Source: Gemmatimonadota bacterium
Lineage (GTDB): Bacteria > Gemmatimonadota > Gemmatimonadetes > Gemmatimonadales > GWC2-71-9
Length of the DNA stretch: 64,000 bases
Direction of reading: 5' to 3'
Assembly (NCBI GenBank): GCA_031382385.1
Contig: JANMYS010000174.1
Coordinates: 10,568-74,567 of the forward strand
Position numbers and translations under genes: made by a program. Numbering within the stretch: the stretch's first letter is position 1; each line of letters opens with the position of its first letter. A model generated the notes under the pieces. That model worked only from the letters and a program-made list of their open reading frames with translations. It made no database searches and was not told where the DNA came from. This document shows positions 51,101 to 60,625 of the stretch, in pieces.

Positions 51101-53146
51101 ATGAAGGCGAAGACCAGACTGCGCCGTGCCAGAGCCATTCTTTTCGCTGGTGCGCTGGTCTCCGCCGCTGGATGGGGCATCGCCTGCGGCGCCGTTCTGC
51201 TGTTCCTGCTCGCACTCCTCGACCTCCGTGTCCCGCTGCCGCTGTTTGTGCGGCAACTCGGGCTGGTGGCGAGCGTCGTTGTGGCAGGTGGCGCCTGCAT
51301 CGCCGCGCTCTGGCGGAACCGGGGTGTGCGTGCCCTCAGTACGGTCGCCCTGTGGCTCGAGCACCGCGTCCCCGCGATGCGCTATGCACTGGTGACGCTG
51401 ACTGACGAGCGCTTCGCGTCGTCCGGTCCCGCCCTTGAGGCGGCTGTCGCGACCACGGATTGGAGCGGACCGCTGCGCCGCGCGCTCATCCGTGCCGCTC
51501 TGCCGTTGCTGTTCGCCGCACTGCTGGTGGCATCGCTCCGTGTTCTTCCCGCCACGAGCGTGAGCCGCATCACCACACCGCGCCGCGGGGACATCCTTGG
51601 CCGTGCCGCAACAGCGCCTCGGGCGGATCCATTGCACCCGCTGGTAGTTACGGTGACGCCGCCGGCCTACTCTGGACTCCGGCCGTCCATCCAGGAGGAT
51701 CCGCAGTCCGTGCAGGGCCTCATCGGGAGTGCGCTGGTGGTGGGGGGTCCGACCACCGGCGCCGGTGTCGTCGCCACCCTCGGTGCCCAGGCGCTGCCGG
51801 TGACCAGCATGGCGGATCGCTGGCGCGTGACGCTCTCCATGCCCGACACCGCGGCACCGCTCTGGTTCACCGCCAGCGGGGAGCGGGTACTGATGGTGCT
51901 CGAGCCCCGCATCGATAGCGTTCCGATGGTCGAGCTGCTCGCCCCGGTGCGCGACACGGTGCAGCGGGCGGTGAGCGGCAGTCTCAGGCTGCAGGCGCAG
52001 CTGCGCGATGACTTCGGGCTGAACGATGGGTGGTTCGAATACATCGTCAGCTCCGGGGCCGGCGAGAACTTCAGCTTCCGCTCAGGCGTCATCGGCCGCC
52101 GCAGACTGGCTGCGGCCCGGACCGGTGAGCTGGATGCGACCCTGCAGCTCGAGGCGCTCCACCTTGCTCCCGGCAACGTCGTGCACCTGCGGGCGGTTGC
52201 TCGCGACCGCAACACCGTCACAGGTCCTGGCTCGGGCGTCTCCGAGACCCGCACCATCCGCATCCCGCGCGCCGATGAAGGCGACTCGGTACAGATCGAC
52301 CCGGCCGCGCCGGCCCAGGGCGATTCCGCGCTGCTCTCCCAGCGCATGCTCATCATGCTCACCGAGGCGCTTGAGCGGCGACGGTCCCGATTGCGCCGGG
52401 ATACCGTCGTGGCCGAGTCCCGCGCCATCGCCCGCGATCAGGCGAGCCTCAGGCGCCGTGTCGCCGACATTCTCTTTCTCCGCCTCGGCGGCGAGGCGTC
52501 GGCGGAGGAAGCGGGCGACACCGGCAGCACCACCGGTCTCTCTCCCGAGGCCCTGCTGCGCGCGGCGGAACAGGCTACGGTCATCAACGGCGGCGAGGCG
52601 CTGGATTTTGCCGAGGACGAGACGCCGGTCGTGGCACTGAACAAGCCGCTGCTCGAGGCCTACAATGCCATGTGGGACGCCGGCCGGGCGCTGGAGATCG
52701 GAGAGCCCGGCCGCGCCCTCCCGCCGATGCGACTCGCGCTCGCCGCCATCCAGCGGGCCCGTCAGGCTGAACGCCTCTACCTCCGCGGCCGCGCTGCGCC
52801 GATCACCCTCGACCTTGTCCGGGTGCGCCTGACAGGGAAGCGCGCCGATGTGTTCCCCGCCCCCACCACCGGGCGGCCGCCCGATCCGCTTTCTGCGGAG
52901 GCGTTGCTGGCCCGTTTCACTCGTGCGGTGGCGCTGTTGCCGGAGGCTGCCGGCGTCGACTCGCTGCTGCTGCTCCGGCTGGCAGCGCTGGAGGCGGCGC
53001 CCGGATTCGCCGGCGGGCTGGACGAGCCGCTGGCGGCACTCCGGGCAGGGCGGGATGCCACGCAGCCGCTGCTCCGTGCCCGCGGCCTGCTGCTCCCGTC
53101 GCCGGCGTCGGTTCCGGAGCTCGCCCCCTGGGGGCTGCTGCCATGA
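51101..53146 (+). CDS. Membrane protein of the MoxR/Bat-like operon (possibly DUF4175-like)
   Basis: Two N-terminal TM helices are followed by a large Ala/Arg/Leu-rich region. The spacing to both neighbours is tight (a 3-nt gap, then an ATGA overlap). The family call is uncertain. Confidence 0.6.
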   Translation: MKAKTRLRRARAILFAGALVSAAGWGIACGAVLLFLLALLDLRVPLPLFVRQLGLVASVVVAGGACIAALWRNRGVRALSTVALWLEHRVPAMRYALVTLTDERFASSGPALEAAVATTDWSGPLRRALIRAALPLLFAALLVASLRVLPATSVSRITTPRRGDILGRAATAPRADPLHPLVVTVTPPAYSGLRPSIQEDPQSVQGLIGSALVVGGPTTGAGVVATLGAQALPVTSMADRWRVTLSMPDTAAPLWFTASGERVLMVLEPRIDSVPMVELLAPVRDTVQRAVSGSLRLQAQLRDDFGLNDGWFEYIVSSGAGENFSFRSGVIGRRRLAAARTGELDATLQLEALHLAPGNVVHLRAVARDRNTVTGPGSGVSETRTIRIPRADEGDSVQIDPAAPAQGDSALLSQRMLIMLTEALERRRSRLRRDTVVAESRAIARDQASLRRRVADILFLRLGGEASAEEAGDTGSTTGLSPEALLRAAEQATVINGGEALDFAEDETPVVALNKPLLEAYNAMWDAGRALEIGEPGRALPPMRLALAAIQRARQAERLYLRGRAAPITLDLVRVRLTGKRADVFPAPTTGRPPDPLSAEALLARFTRAVALLPEAAGVDSLLLLRLAALEAAPGFAGGLDEPLAALRAGRDATQPLLRARGLLLPSPASVPELAPWGLLP

Positions 53147-53754
53147 GCGAATTCGTCTTCGCCACCGCCGAGTACGCCTCGGGCGACTGGGAATCGGCGC
53201 CACTGGTCCCCGCCAACCTGATCGACTCGCTCGCGCGGTACACCTCACTCTCCGTCGCACCGCAAGGCGTGGTCGTCTCGCTCGGCTCGGCCGATCTGCT
53301 CCGCTATCCGCTGGTGTATCTCACCGGGCACCTGCCGGTGCGCTTCACTGCGGCGGAGCGTGCGATGGTCCGGACGTTTGTCGATCGTGGGGGCATGCTC
53401 TTCGTCGATGATCACAACCACGATATCGACGGCGTGTTTCACCGCACCGCCATCGAGGAGATCGCCCGGGCCGCGGGTGTGCTGCGTGAGCTGCCCAATG
53501 ACCATGCGCTCTATTCGGCGTTCTTCAACTTTCCCGACGGCCCGCCGACCACGAGCCAGGAGCTGAACGGCTGGGGCGACAACCTGGTTCACAAGCATCT
53601 GCTCGCCGTCGAGCGAGCCGGGCGGATTGCGGTGCTCTACAGCAGCAAGGACTACAGCTCGGAGTGGAACTATCATCCCGAGACCAAGCGCTTCTACGCG
53701 GTCGACAACACCCGCTTCGGCGTCAACATCGTGGTTTATGCGCTCACACGTTGA
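53143..53754 (+). CDS. DUF4159-domain protein
   Basis: 'ATAEYASGDWESAP.VPANL...LLRYPLVYLTGH.PVRFTAAERAMVRTFVDRGGMLFVDD' matches the DUF4159 pattern. Confidence 0.8.
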   Translation: MSEFVFATAEYASGDWESAPLVPANLIDSLARYTSLSVAPQGVVVSLGSADLLRYPLVYLTGHLPVRFTAAERAMVRTFVDRGGMLFVDDHNHDIDGVFHRTAIEEIARAAGVLRELPNDHALYSAFFNFPDGPPTTSQELNGWGDNLVHKHLLAVERAGRIAVLYSSKDYSSEWNYHPETKRFYAVDNTRFGVNIVVYALTR

Positions 53755-55024
53755 CCGGCCGCGGCTGGAGCTGCTGCTCCGGGGCATCGCGCTGGCTGCG
53801 CTGCTCTGGCTCACCGTGGAGGCGCTGTCCCAGCGGTCGGCCGGGACCAGCGTGGCGCTGACGGAAGCGCTCACGGAGACTGTTCTCGCCGACTGGTCAA
53901 CCATTCCCCCGGCCGATACGCTGAACCTGTCACTACGGGCTGCCCCCGCTCCGCTGCTTCGCGACTGGCTCGTCGCGCTGCGGCGGGCGGAGATCGGCGT
54001 CCGCTGGTCGGACGGCGGAATTCCTTCGCTCATGATCGAAACGGAGCGTCGCCCCGATCCCGCGGGGGTGGTGAACCTCCGCGTCACTGGGCCCGTCGGT
54101 GCGGCGGTGCTGGTGAGCGATAATCTCGGCCCGCTCGACAGTCTCCGCTTCGGCGCGCTTGGAGTTTCAGTGCGACTGGCAGCTGTCGCTGGCCGAGTGC
54201 GCGCGGCGGTCGGCCGCGGGGAGGCTCGAGTCGTGGCAACCTCCACCCCTCCACCAATTGTGAACCAACGGCACGTCGTGCTGCTCGGCGCGGCGGGGTG
54301 GGAGTCGAAGTTCGTGGCGACGGCGCTGGAGGAGCGGGGCTGGGCGGTCGATTCTCGTCTGGCCGTCGCGCCGGACATCGCCGTGATTCAGGGAAAGCCG
54401 TTTCCCCTCGACACAGCACGCCATGCGGCGGTCATCGCGCTCGACTCTACCGCGGCCGCCTATGCCGGCGCGATCGTGAACTTTGTTCGCCAGGGTGGTG
54501 GTCTCCTGCTTGGCCCCGATGGGGCCAGCGGCGCCGCGCCACTTGGGGCGCTGGCGCCGGGCCGGGGCGGAGTGATGGCACGCCCCGCACTCCCGTCGGG
54601 GAGACCGGCATCGCGGGAGTTCCTCGGGCTGCACGATCTGGCGCCGTTGGTCGCCGATGCGATACCGCTCGAGCGGCGTGGCGATCACGTCGCCGTGGCC
54701 GTGCGTCGCGCAGGTGCGGGGCGTGTCGGGCAGGTCGGCTACCTCGAGACCTGGCGCTGGCGGATGGAAGGCGGCGCCGACGGCGTCTCGGCCCATCGGG
54801 CCTGGTGGGCCGCCGTGGTGGCTTCGGTGGCCTACGGCAGCGAATCCGACGCTGGCGGGGCGGGTGGGGATCCCGCTCCCCGTGCCGCGTTGTTCAGCGC
54901 GCTGGGTGAGCCAGGGACACCTGCCTCCCATTCGCCGCGCACGCTCTTTCCGGTCGTACTGGCGGTGCTGGGCTTCTGCCTGTTCGGGGAGTGGCTCTCG
55001 CGGCGGTTGCGCGGGGCCCGATGA
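53738..55024 (+). CDS. Hypothetical membrane protein, last gene of the MoxR/Bat-like operon
   Basis: The ATG at 53738 overlaps the previous gene by 17 nt. The N-terminal TM segment is 'LLLRGIALAALLWLTV' and the C-terminal TM segment is 'LFPVVLAVLGFCLFGEW'. Confidence 0.55.
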   Translation: MRSHVDRPRLELLLRGIALAALLWLTVEALSQRSAGTSVALTEALTETVLADWSTIPPADTLNLSLRAAPAPLLRDWLVALRRAEIGVRWSDGGIPSLMIETERRPDPAGVVNLRVTGPVGAAVLVSDNLGPLDSLRFGALGVSVRLAAVAGRVRAAVGRGEARVVATSTPPPIVNQRHVVLLGAAGWESKFVATALEERGWAVDSRLAVAPDIAVIQGKPFPLDTARHAAVIALDSTAAAYAGAIVNFVRQGGGLLLGPDGASGAAPLGALAPGRGGVMARPALPSGRPASREFLGLHDLAPLVADAIPLERRGDHVAVAVRRAGAGRVGQVGYLETWRWRMEGGADGVSAHRAWWAAVVASVAYGSESDAGGAGGDPAPRAALFSALGEPGTPASHSPRTLFPVVLAVLGFCLFGEWLSRRLRGAR

Positions 55025-55493
55025 AGCTGGCAGCCGGCAGTGAGCAGGGTCCAGGACGGCAAGCGGATGAGGACCCCAGAGCGGGCGTTGCGTCCGCCCA
55101 TCCCACTGACGACGGTGGCCTTGAGCGCGGGAGCCGAGCCCGCGGCGGAGTCCTCAGTCCGCGTAGCCGCCAATGACACCGTAGCCCGCGGAGAGGTCCT
55201 CAATCCGCGTGGCCGCGGAACGCGCCACGGTCAGCCCGGTCGGTGAACCAGCTTCTTCGGCGCAGTGAAGCGCCAGGAATCCTCGAGCAGGGTCCGGAGT
55301 TGCGCGTCCGAGGCCTGCGGCAGGTGTCGGGCCGCACGCCGCGCCCGGGAGAACGAGCCGGCCCGGGGCTTCAGGGGAGGAAGAGGTTTCCTGCGAGGCA
55401 TCGATCTGGAGTTGGAGTTGGGAGATGCCGACGCGCGGCGGAACATCCAAAGTGGTGTGAACGCTGACGCACGGTGCTGGGTCAGGTGCCCGG

Positions 55494-55709
55494 CTAGTCG
55501 CCCAGTTCGGCCAGCAGCGCACCACCGTCGGGGGCGTCGAGCTTCCGGAAGAGCGGATGCAGTGCCATCGGGAGCCAGACCTTGTTCCGCTGGTGGTAGA
55601 CCTCCCAGGCGGCGGTGATGCTGCCGAGGCGAACCACCTGCATGAACTCCTCGCCCATCGCGAAGGAGTATTCGACACCGGCCGGACAACGAACCTTGAT
55701 GCGCGCCAT
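55494..55709 (-). CDS. Small hypothetical protein (71 aa)
   Basis: 'MARIKVRCPAGVEYSFAMGEEFMQVVRLGSITAAWEVYHQRNKVWLPMALHPLFRKL' has a balanced, non-shadow-like composition and GC-rich third codon positions. I recognise no family. Confidence 0.5.
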   Translation of the reverse strand: MARIKVRCPAGVEYSFAMGEEFMQVVRLGSITAAWEVYHQRNKVWLPMALHPLFRKLDAPDGGALLAELGD

Positions 55710-55954
55710 GACTGCCACCTGGGTGACGGGGTCGCCGGTACAGCAAGGCAACTCCTGAGCCCGGCGGCCAAGCTGTTGGCCCGCAAGGCGCTCAGCGGTT
55801 TGTCACGAATCAAGGGCCGGCGCCGATGGCCCGTTCTGCTAGATCGAAATGTTGCAGGCACGGTTTCGGGCCGCCCGGGTGAGCCAGTTGATCGTGAGGT
55901 CGCTGCCCGCGACGATGTGGGCTGGATCACCAGCCGGACGGGTTGGCTACTGGG

Positions 55955-57262
55955 CTACTTGAAGAGCAGCGAGACCGAGTAGATGATGAGACCGGCCAGC
56001 CCACCCACCAGCGTGCCGTTCAGCCGGATGAACTGCAGGTCCCGCCCGACGGCGAGCTCCAGTCGCTGAGCGGCTGCCTCCGGGTCCCACTGGCGCACGG
56101 TGTCGGCGATCAGGTCGCCCACTTCCTGCCGGTGCCGTTCCAGCAGCGAGGCGAGGAAGGCCGTCAGGAACTCATCCAGCTCCGCCCGTCGCCCCGCGTC
56201 GGCGGCCAGCGACGCGCCAACGGCGTTGATGCCGCGCGCCAGCGGTGCCAGTGTCGGCTGATCGGCGTCGCCGGTAAACTGCTCCGCCGCCGATCGGGCC
56301 CGATCCCACAGCGTCGAGGCGAACTCCTCCACGGCCGGATGATCCAGCAGGTTCCCCTTGAGCGTCTCGGCGCGCGCCGCGATCTCCGGTGAGTTGCGCA
56401 GCCGATCGATGAAGTCGTGGAACTTGGCGTCGAATCGGAGCCGGAGCGGGTGCTGGGGATTCGCCTGCACCTCGTCGACGAGGCGCTGCGTGGCGGCCTC
56501 CAGCTTCCGCTGGAAGGCATGATCGACCGCGCCCGGCACCCACCACGGACTCTCTTCGTGGATCTTCCGCCGCAGCTCATCGCGATTCTGTTCCAGCGAA
56601 TCGCGCATCAGCTTGAGCGCCTCGTCCAGCAGCACCTGGTGCCGGTCGTCCGCCGCGACTACCGAGAGCAGGTTGCCCACCATCGGGGCGAGTGGCACCG
56701 CCTGCAGCCGGGTCACCGCGGTGTCGCGAATCAGGGTGCGGATTTCCGCCTCGGGCATGGCCTGCACCGCCTGGGCGACACCGGCCGCGAGGTGCCGCGC
56801 GAGGCGTGCGCTCTCCTCCGGATCGCTGAGCCAGCGGGTGACCCGCTCGGAGAGGCGCATGGACGTGATCCGCGCGGCCAGGACATCGTGGGAGAGAAAG
56901 TGGTTCTGGACGAAGCTGCCGAGCACCCGGCCGATCCGCTCCTTCTGGGTCTGGATGATAGCGGTGTGCGGAATCGGGATGCCGAGGGGATGGCGGAAGA
57001 GCGCCGTCACGGCGAACCAGTCGGCGAGACCGCCGACCAGCGACGCCTCGGCGGTGGCCCGCACGAAGCCCAGCCAGGGGTGGGCCGATTCGAGCATGCG
57101 GGCCAGAACCAGAACGAGGAACGCGACGACGAGCAGGCCCGTCGCCATCCGCTTCATGGCCGCGAGCTCGGCACGACGCGTCGCCTCGTCGCGGATCGGC
57201 GGAGAGGACGGCCGGGGCGCCGGAGCCCTGGGGGATGCGTCGGGTGCGGACGAAGTGGTCAT
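55955..57262 (-). CDS. DUF445-family membrane protein
   Basis: The ATG at 57262 was verified. 'EASLVGGLADWFAVTALFRHPLGIPIPHTAII' is the DUF445 signature. There is a C-terminal TM segment, 'LVGGLAGLIIYSVSLLF'. Confidence 0.85.
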   Translation of the reverse strand: MTTSSAPDASPRAPAPRPSSPPIRDEATRRAELAAMKRMATGLLVVAFLVLVLARMLESAHPWLGFVRATAEASLVGGLADWFAVTALFRHPLGIPIPHTAIIQTQKERIGRVLGSFVQNHFLSHDVLAARITSMRLSERVTRWLSDPEESARLARHLAAGVAQAVQAMPEAEIRTLIRDTAVTRLQAVPLAPMVGNLLSVVAADDRHQVLLDEALKLMRDSLEQNRDELRRKIHEESPWWVPGAVDHAFQRKLEAATQRLVDEVQANPQHPLRLRFDAKFHDFIDRLRNSPEIAARAETLKGNLLDHPAVEEFASTLWDRARSAAEQFTGDADQPTLAPLARGINAVGASLAADAGRRAELDEFLTAFLASLLERHRQEVGDLIADTVRQWDPEAAAQRLELAVGRDLQFIRLNGTLVGGLAGLIIYSVSLLFK

Positions 57263-57416
57263 CGCGTCGGGGCTACTACGCTCAGGTGTCGCGGGAGATT
57301 CGCGGCATGGCCGTGAAGGTAACCGTATCCCGGCCGTTCCTGGATGGTGGCCGCGGCGGAGGGCGACACCGCTATCTTCGGTGGCTTCCGCTGCCCTCAC
57401 TCCCGCCGGTACCGCC

Positions 57417-57956
57417 GTGGCGATCTCCGCAACGATCTACAACTTCAATATCGAACTGGCCGACGTCGATCGCGGCGTCTACGAGTCCCTCGCCCTCCGG
57501 GTCGCGTGCCATCCGTCGGAAGCGCAGGACTACCTGTGCACCCGGGTGCTGGCCTACTGCCTGGAGTTTGCGGAGGGCATCAGTTTCGGCAAGGGGCTGG
57601 CGGAGCCGGATGAGCCGGCGCTGACGGTGCGGGATCTCACCGGCTCGCTCAAGCTCTGGGTGGAGGTCGGCTGGCCCGACGCGGCTCGGCTGCACAAGGC
57701 GAGCAAGGCGGCGCCTCGCCTGGCGATCTACACCCACAAGGACCCGGCGCAGCTGGTGCGAACCCTTGCCGGCGAGCGCATCCACCGCGCCGAGGCAGTC
57801 GAGCTGTATGCGGTGGATCGAGAGCTGCTGGCGGAGCTGGTGGCGCGGCTGGAGCGGAGGATGACGTTCAGTCTCTCGGTTATCGAGCGGCACCTCTTCA
57901 TCACGATCGGAGAGGTGACGCTGTCGGGAGGGGTGGAGCGGTATCCGCTGATGTGA
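57417..57956 (+). CDS. yaeQ: YaeQ-family protein
   Basis: The GTG at 57417 is in frame with listed ORF 56613..57956. 'VAISATIYNFNIELADVDRGVYESLALRVACHPSE...' parallels E. coli YaeQ 'MALKATIYKATVNVADLDRN...LTLARHPSE'. Confidence 0.88.
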   Translation: MAISATIYNFNIELADVDRGVYESLALRVACHPSEAQDYLCTRVLAYCLEFAEGISFGKGLAEPDEPALTVRDLTGSLKLWVEVGWPDAARLHKASKAAPRLAIYTHKDPAQLVRTLAGERIHRAEAVELYAVDRELLAELVARLERRMTFSLSVIERHLFITIGEVTLSGGVERYPLM

Positions 57957-57961
57957 CGGTC

Positions 57962-58894
57962 CTACCTCCCCGTCACGACACTCAGCCGGTCGATCGCGGC
58001 GATGACCTCGTGCGGCTGCTCCTCCTCGATGAACCGGCCGGCGCCCGCCACGCTGTCGATGGAAAAGTCGGGGAGCTGTTCCTGCAGCAGGGCGATTTCA
58101 TCGGGCTTGATGCCGCTGGGATGTTCGACCAGGCCGAGCAACAGCCGGACCGGGATGTGGATTTCATTCAGCCGCTCCCGCAGCGATTCCGGCTCCTTCG
58201 ATTTGGACATCCGGCGCAGCGCGTCAATCGACCCATGCACGTCAGCCGCTTGGCCGACGGTGTATTCGTCCACCACCGGCCCCGTGACCCAGGTGGTGTC
58301 GCCCGAATTCTCCACCAGGTCGTGCCACACCTTCTTGCGGATGGTGCCGGGTCCGACGAAGAGCTTGGTGAGGAAGCCGCCGAACCGCAGCGCATGCTTG
58401 AGCCCGGGTGTCGCCGCCGTCTCCGCCGGCCCCCCGTTGATGGACAGCAGCCCGCGCACCAGTTCCGGCCGGCGATACGCCAGCCGATAAGCCATCGCGG
58501 CCCCGCCGGCCTGTGCCACGACCAGCGCCTCACGAATGCCAAGGCTGTCGAGTACGCTGCCGATCCGATCGGCCTGGGCGGCGAAGGAATAGTCCGCCTT
58601 GCCGGGATGCGCCGAGGAGCCAAACGCCAGCGGCTCGATGACGATGCAGCGGAATCCCTGCTCGACCAGTGCGATGGTCACGTGGCGGAAGCTGTAGGCA
58701 CCGCCGAAGATGCCGGGGATGAACACCACCGGCGCGCCCGAGCCCATGCTCGTGGTGCGGAGCGTCTCCTCCGGTGCCACGGTGATATCGCGGACAATGG
58801 TGGAGTCGTGCAGGGCAAACAGCGAGACGAGAGCGAGAAACACGAGAACTCCCTTGAATGCGACTGGCGGCAATCCGCGCAGCACGCCGCGCAT
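57962..58894 (-). CDS. Alpha/beta-hydrolase-fold protein lacking the canonical catalytic Ser and His
   Basis: 'PVVFIPGIFGGAYSFRHV...GFRCIVIEPLAFGSS' is the usual fold-1 start. At the nucleophile elbow the sequence reads 'VVAQAGGAAMA' instead of G-H-S-x-G, and the His site reads 'AGAGRFIEEEQP'. Confidence 0.85.
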   Translation of the reverse strand: MRGVLRGLPPVAFKGVLVFLALVSLFALHDSTIVRDITVAPEETLRTTSMGSGAPVVFIPGIFGGAYSFRHVTIALVEQGFRCIVIEPLAFGSSAHPGKADYSFAAQADRIGSVLDSLGIREALVVAQAGGAAMAYRLAYRRPELVRGLLSINGGPAETAATPGLKHALRFGGFLTKLFVGPGTIRKKVWHDLVENSGDTTWVTGPVVDEYTVGQAADVHGSIDALRRMSKSKEPESLRERLNEIHIPVRLLLGLVEHPSGIKPDEIALLQEQLPDFSIDSVAGAGRFIEEEQPHEVIAAIDRLSVVTGR

Positions 58895-58957
58895 TGGGAT
58901 GGGAAGAATAATCCGGCGGACCGGTCGTGGCTACATTCCGTCAGCCGTCAGCTGCGA

Positions 58958-60625
58958 TCAGTTGCTCGCCGTGAGGAGCTGCTTGCTGAGCACGTAGTAG
59001 TTCGGGTCCACCTTGAAGTCCTCGGGGTTCCGCAGCGTGAGCGGCGCGGTCTGCCACGCCGCCGATGGCCGGACCTCGCTGTAGCCCGCATCCGTCAGTG
59101 TCACGCGGATGGGGAGCGTGAAGCCCGGCACCGCGTCGACCCAGCGATAGGTGAGGGTGGCGCCATCGATCCGGTACTCCAGGGTCGGGATCGTGACCGT
59201 GGTGAGATACTGCCGGAAGACCGTACTGAAGTCGATGCCGGACCGCCGGCTGATGTACTCCGCGACCTGCGCACCGGTGACGATCTGATGCCGGAAGTCG
59301 GTGTTGAGCCCCCGCAGGACGGCACGCCACGTCGCATCGTCGCCGATCACCTGCCGGATGGTGTGCAGCATGTTACCGCCCTTCGGGTACATGTCGCCCG
59401 ACCCCTCACGGTTGAGTCCGAAGGCCGGCACGATGGGCGCAGTGTTGCGGATGCCGCCGCGGTTGCCGATCACATAGGTCGATCCCGCTTTCGCATCGCG
59501 CAGGCACTCGACATACAGCCCCTCGGCGTAATTCGCGAAGCTCTCATGCACCCACATGTCGGCCAGGTCGGCGGTCGTGAGGTTGTTGCCCCACCATTCG
59601 TGCGCGCTTTCGTGCACGATGATGAAATCCCAGTCCAGCCCCTGGCCGGTGCCCGAGAGATCGCGGCCGAGGTAGCCGTTCAGGTACCGGTTGCCGTAGG
59701 CGATCGCGCTCTGGTGCTCCATCCCGAGGTGCGGTGTCTCGACCAGCTGATAGCCGTCGGCGTACCAGGGGTAGGGCCCGAACCACTTCTCGAAACAGCT
59801 GAGCATCGACTTGACCTGGACGAACTGTCGTTCCGCGATCGCCGAGTGATAGCGCAGCGGCCAGTAGTTGAGCGTGAGCCGGCCTCCCTCGCCATCATAG
59901 GCATCGGTCAGGTGCTCGTACACCCCGGCGTTCACCGCGACATCGTAGTTGTTGATCGGCTGGGTGACGAACCATTCGAAGGTCGTGGTGCCGTCGCCGT
60001 TCGGCGTGACTGACCGGAGCCGGCCGTTGGAGACATTGGTGAGGGGATCAGGGACGGTGATCGCCACCCGCTGGCTGTCCGGCTCGTCGGCCTGGGTGTC
60101 CTTGGTGGGCCACCAGACGCTCGCGCCGGTCCCCTGGCAGGCGGTGGCGATCCAGGTATTACCCAGGCTGTCACCGCGCCAGACGAAGCCGCCATCCCAT
60201 GGGGCGTTCAGCGCGGCTCGCGGATGTCCGTAGTAGTAGACTGAGAGGATCTGCTGCTCCCCCGCGCGCTGGGGAGCGATCAGATGCACGAAGAAGGCGT
60301 TGCCGTCCCGGCGGTACTCCAGCCGGCGTCCCTGCTGCACGAAGCTGTCCACCTGCAGCGGCCGCTGCAGATCCACCTGCAGCTCGGCGGCTGGCTGCAG
60401 CACACGGTAGCGGATGTGATTGACTCCGCGGATGGTGCTGTCGGCCGGCCGCACCGAAACATGCAGATCGTAGAAGGCGACATCCCACCAGGCGCGCTGG
60501 GGCGTGATGGCGCCACGCAGACTGTCGGCGTGCAGCACCGCCGCCGAGTCCTGGGCCTGGCTCGTCGCGAACGGAGCAGCGAGGAGCGCGGCCAGCCAGA
60601 GTGTCGTCCGCATGCCGGGAATCAT
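58958..60625 (-). CDS. M1-family zinc metallopeptidase (aminopeptidase N-like), secreted
   Basis: The signal peptide is 'LWLAALLAAPFATSQAQD'. The gluzincin motif is 'HESAHEWWGN...x18...WVHESFANY' (HExxH-x18-E). Confidence 0.9.
   Translation of the reverse strand: MIPGMRTTLWLAALLAAPFATSQAQDSAAVLHADSLRGAITPQRAWWDVAFYDLHVSVRPADSTIRGVNHIRYRVLQPAAELQVDLQRPLQVDSFVQQGRRLEYRRDGNAFFVHLIAPQRAGEQQILSVYYYGHPRAALNAPWDGGFVWRGDSLGNTWIATACQGTGASVWWPTKDTQADEPDSQRVAITVPDPLTNVSNGRLRSVTPNGDGTTTFEWFVTQPINNYDVAVNAGVYEHLTDAYDGEGGRLTLNYWPLRYHSAIAERQFVQVKSMLSCFEKWFGPYPWYADGYQLVETPHLGMEHQSAIAYGNRYLNGYLGRDLSGTGQGLDWDFIIVHESAHEWWGNNLTTADLADMWVHESFANYAEGLYVECLRDAKAGSTYVIGNRGGIRNTAPIVPAFGLNREGSGDMYPKGGNMLHTIRQVIGDDATWRAVLRGLNTDFRHQIVTGAQVAEYISRRSGIDFSTVFRQYLTTVTIPTLEYRIDGATLTYRWVDAVPGFTLPIRVTLTDAGYSEVRPSAAWQTAPLTLRNPEDFKVDPNYYVLSKQLLTASN

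Noticed and set aside
55231-55401. A 56-codon minus-strand ORF downstream of the 71-aa ORF. It could form a toxin-antitoxin-like small gene pair.
   Set aside because: It has no SD, mixed codon usage, a highly basic low-complexity N-terminal half, and no recognisable TA family motif in either ORF. I kept it only as part of the unannotated-region finding.
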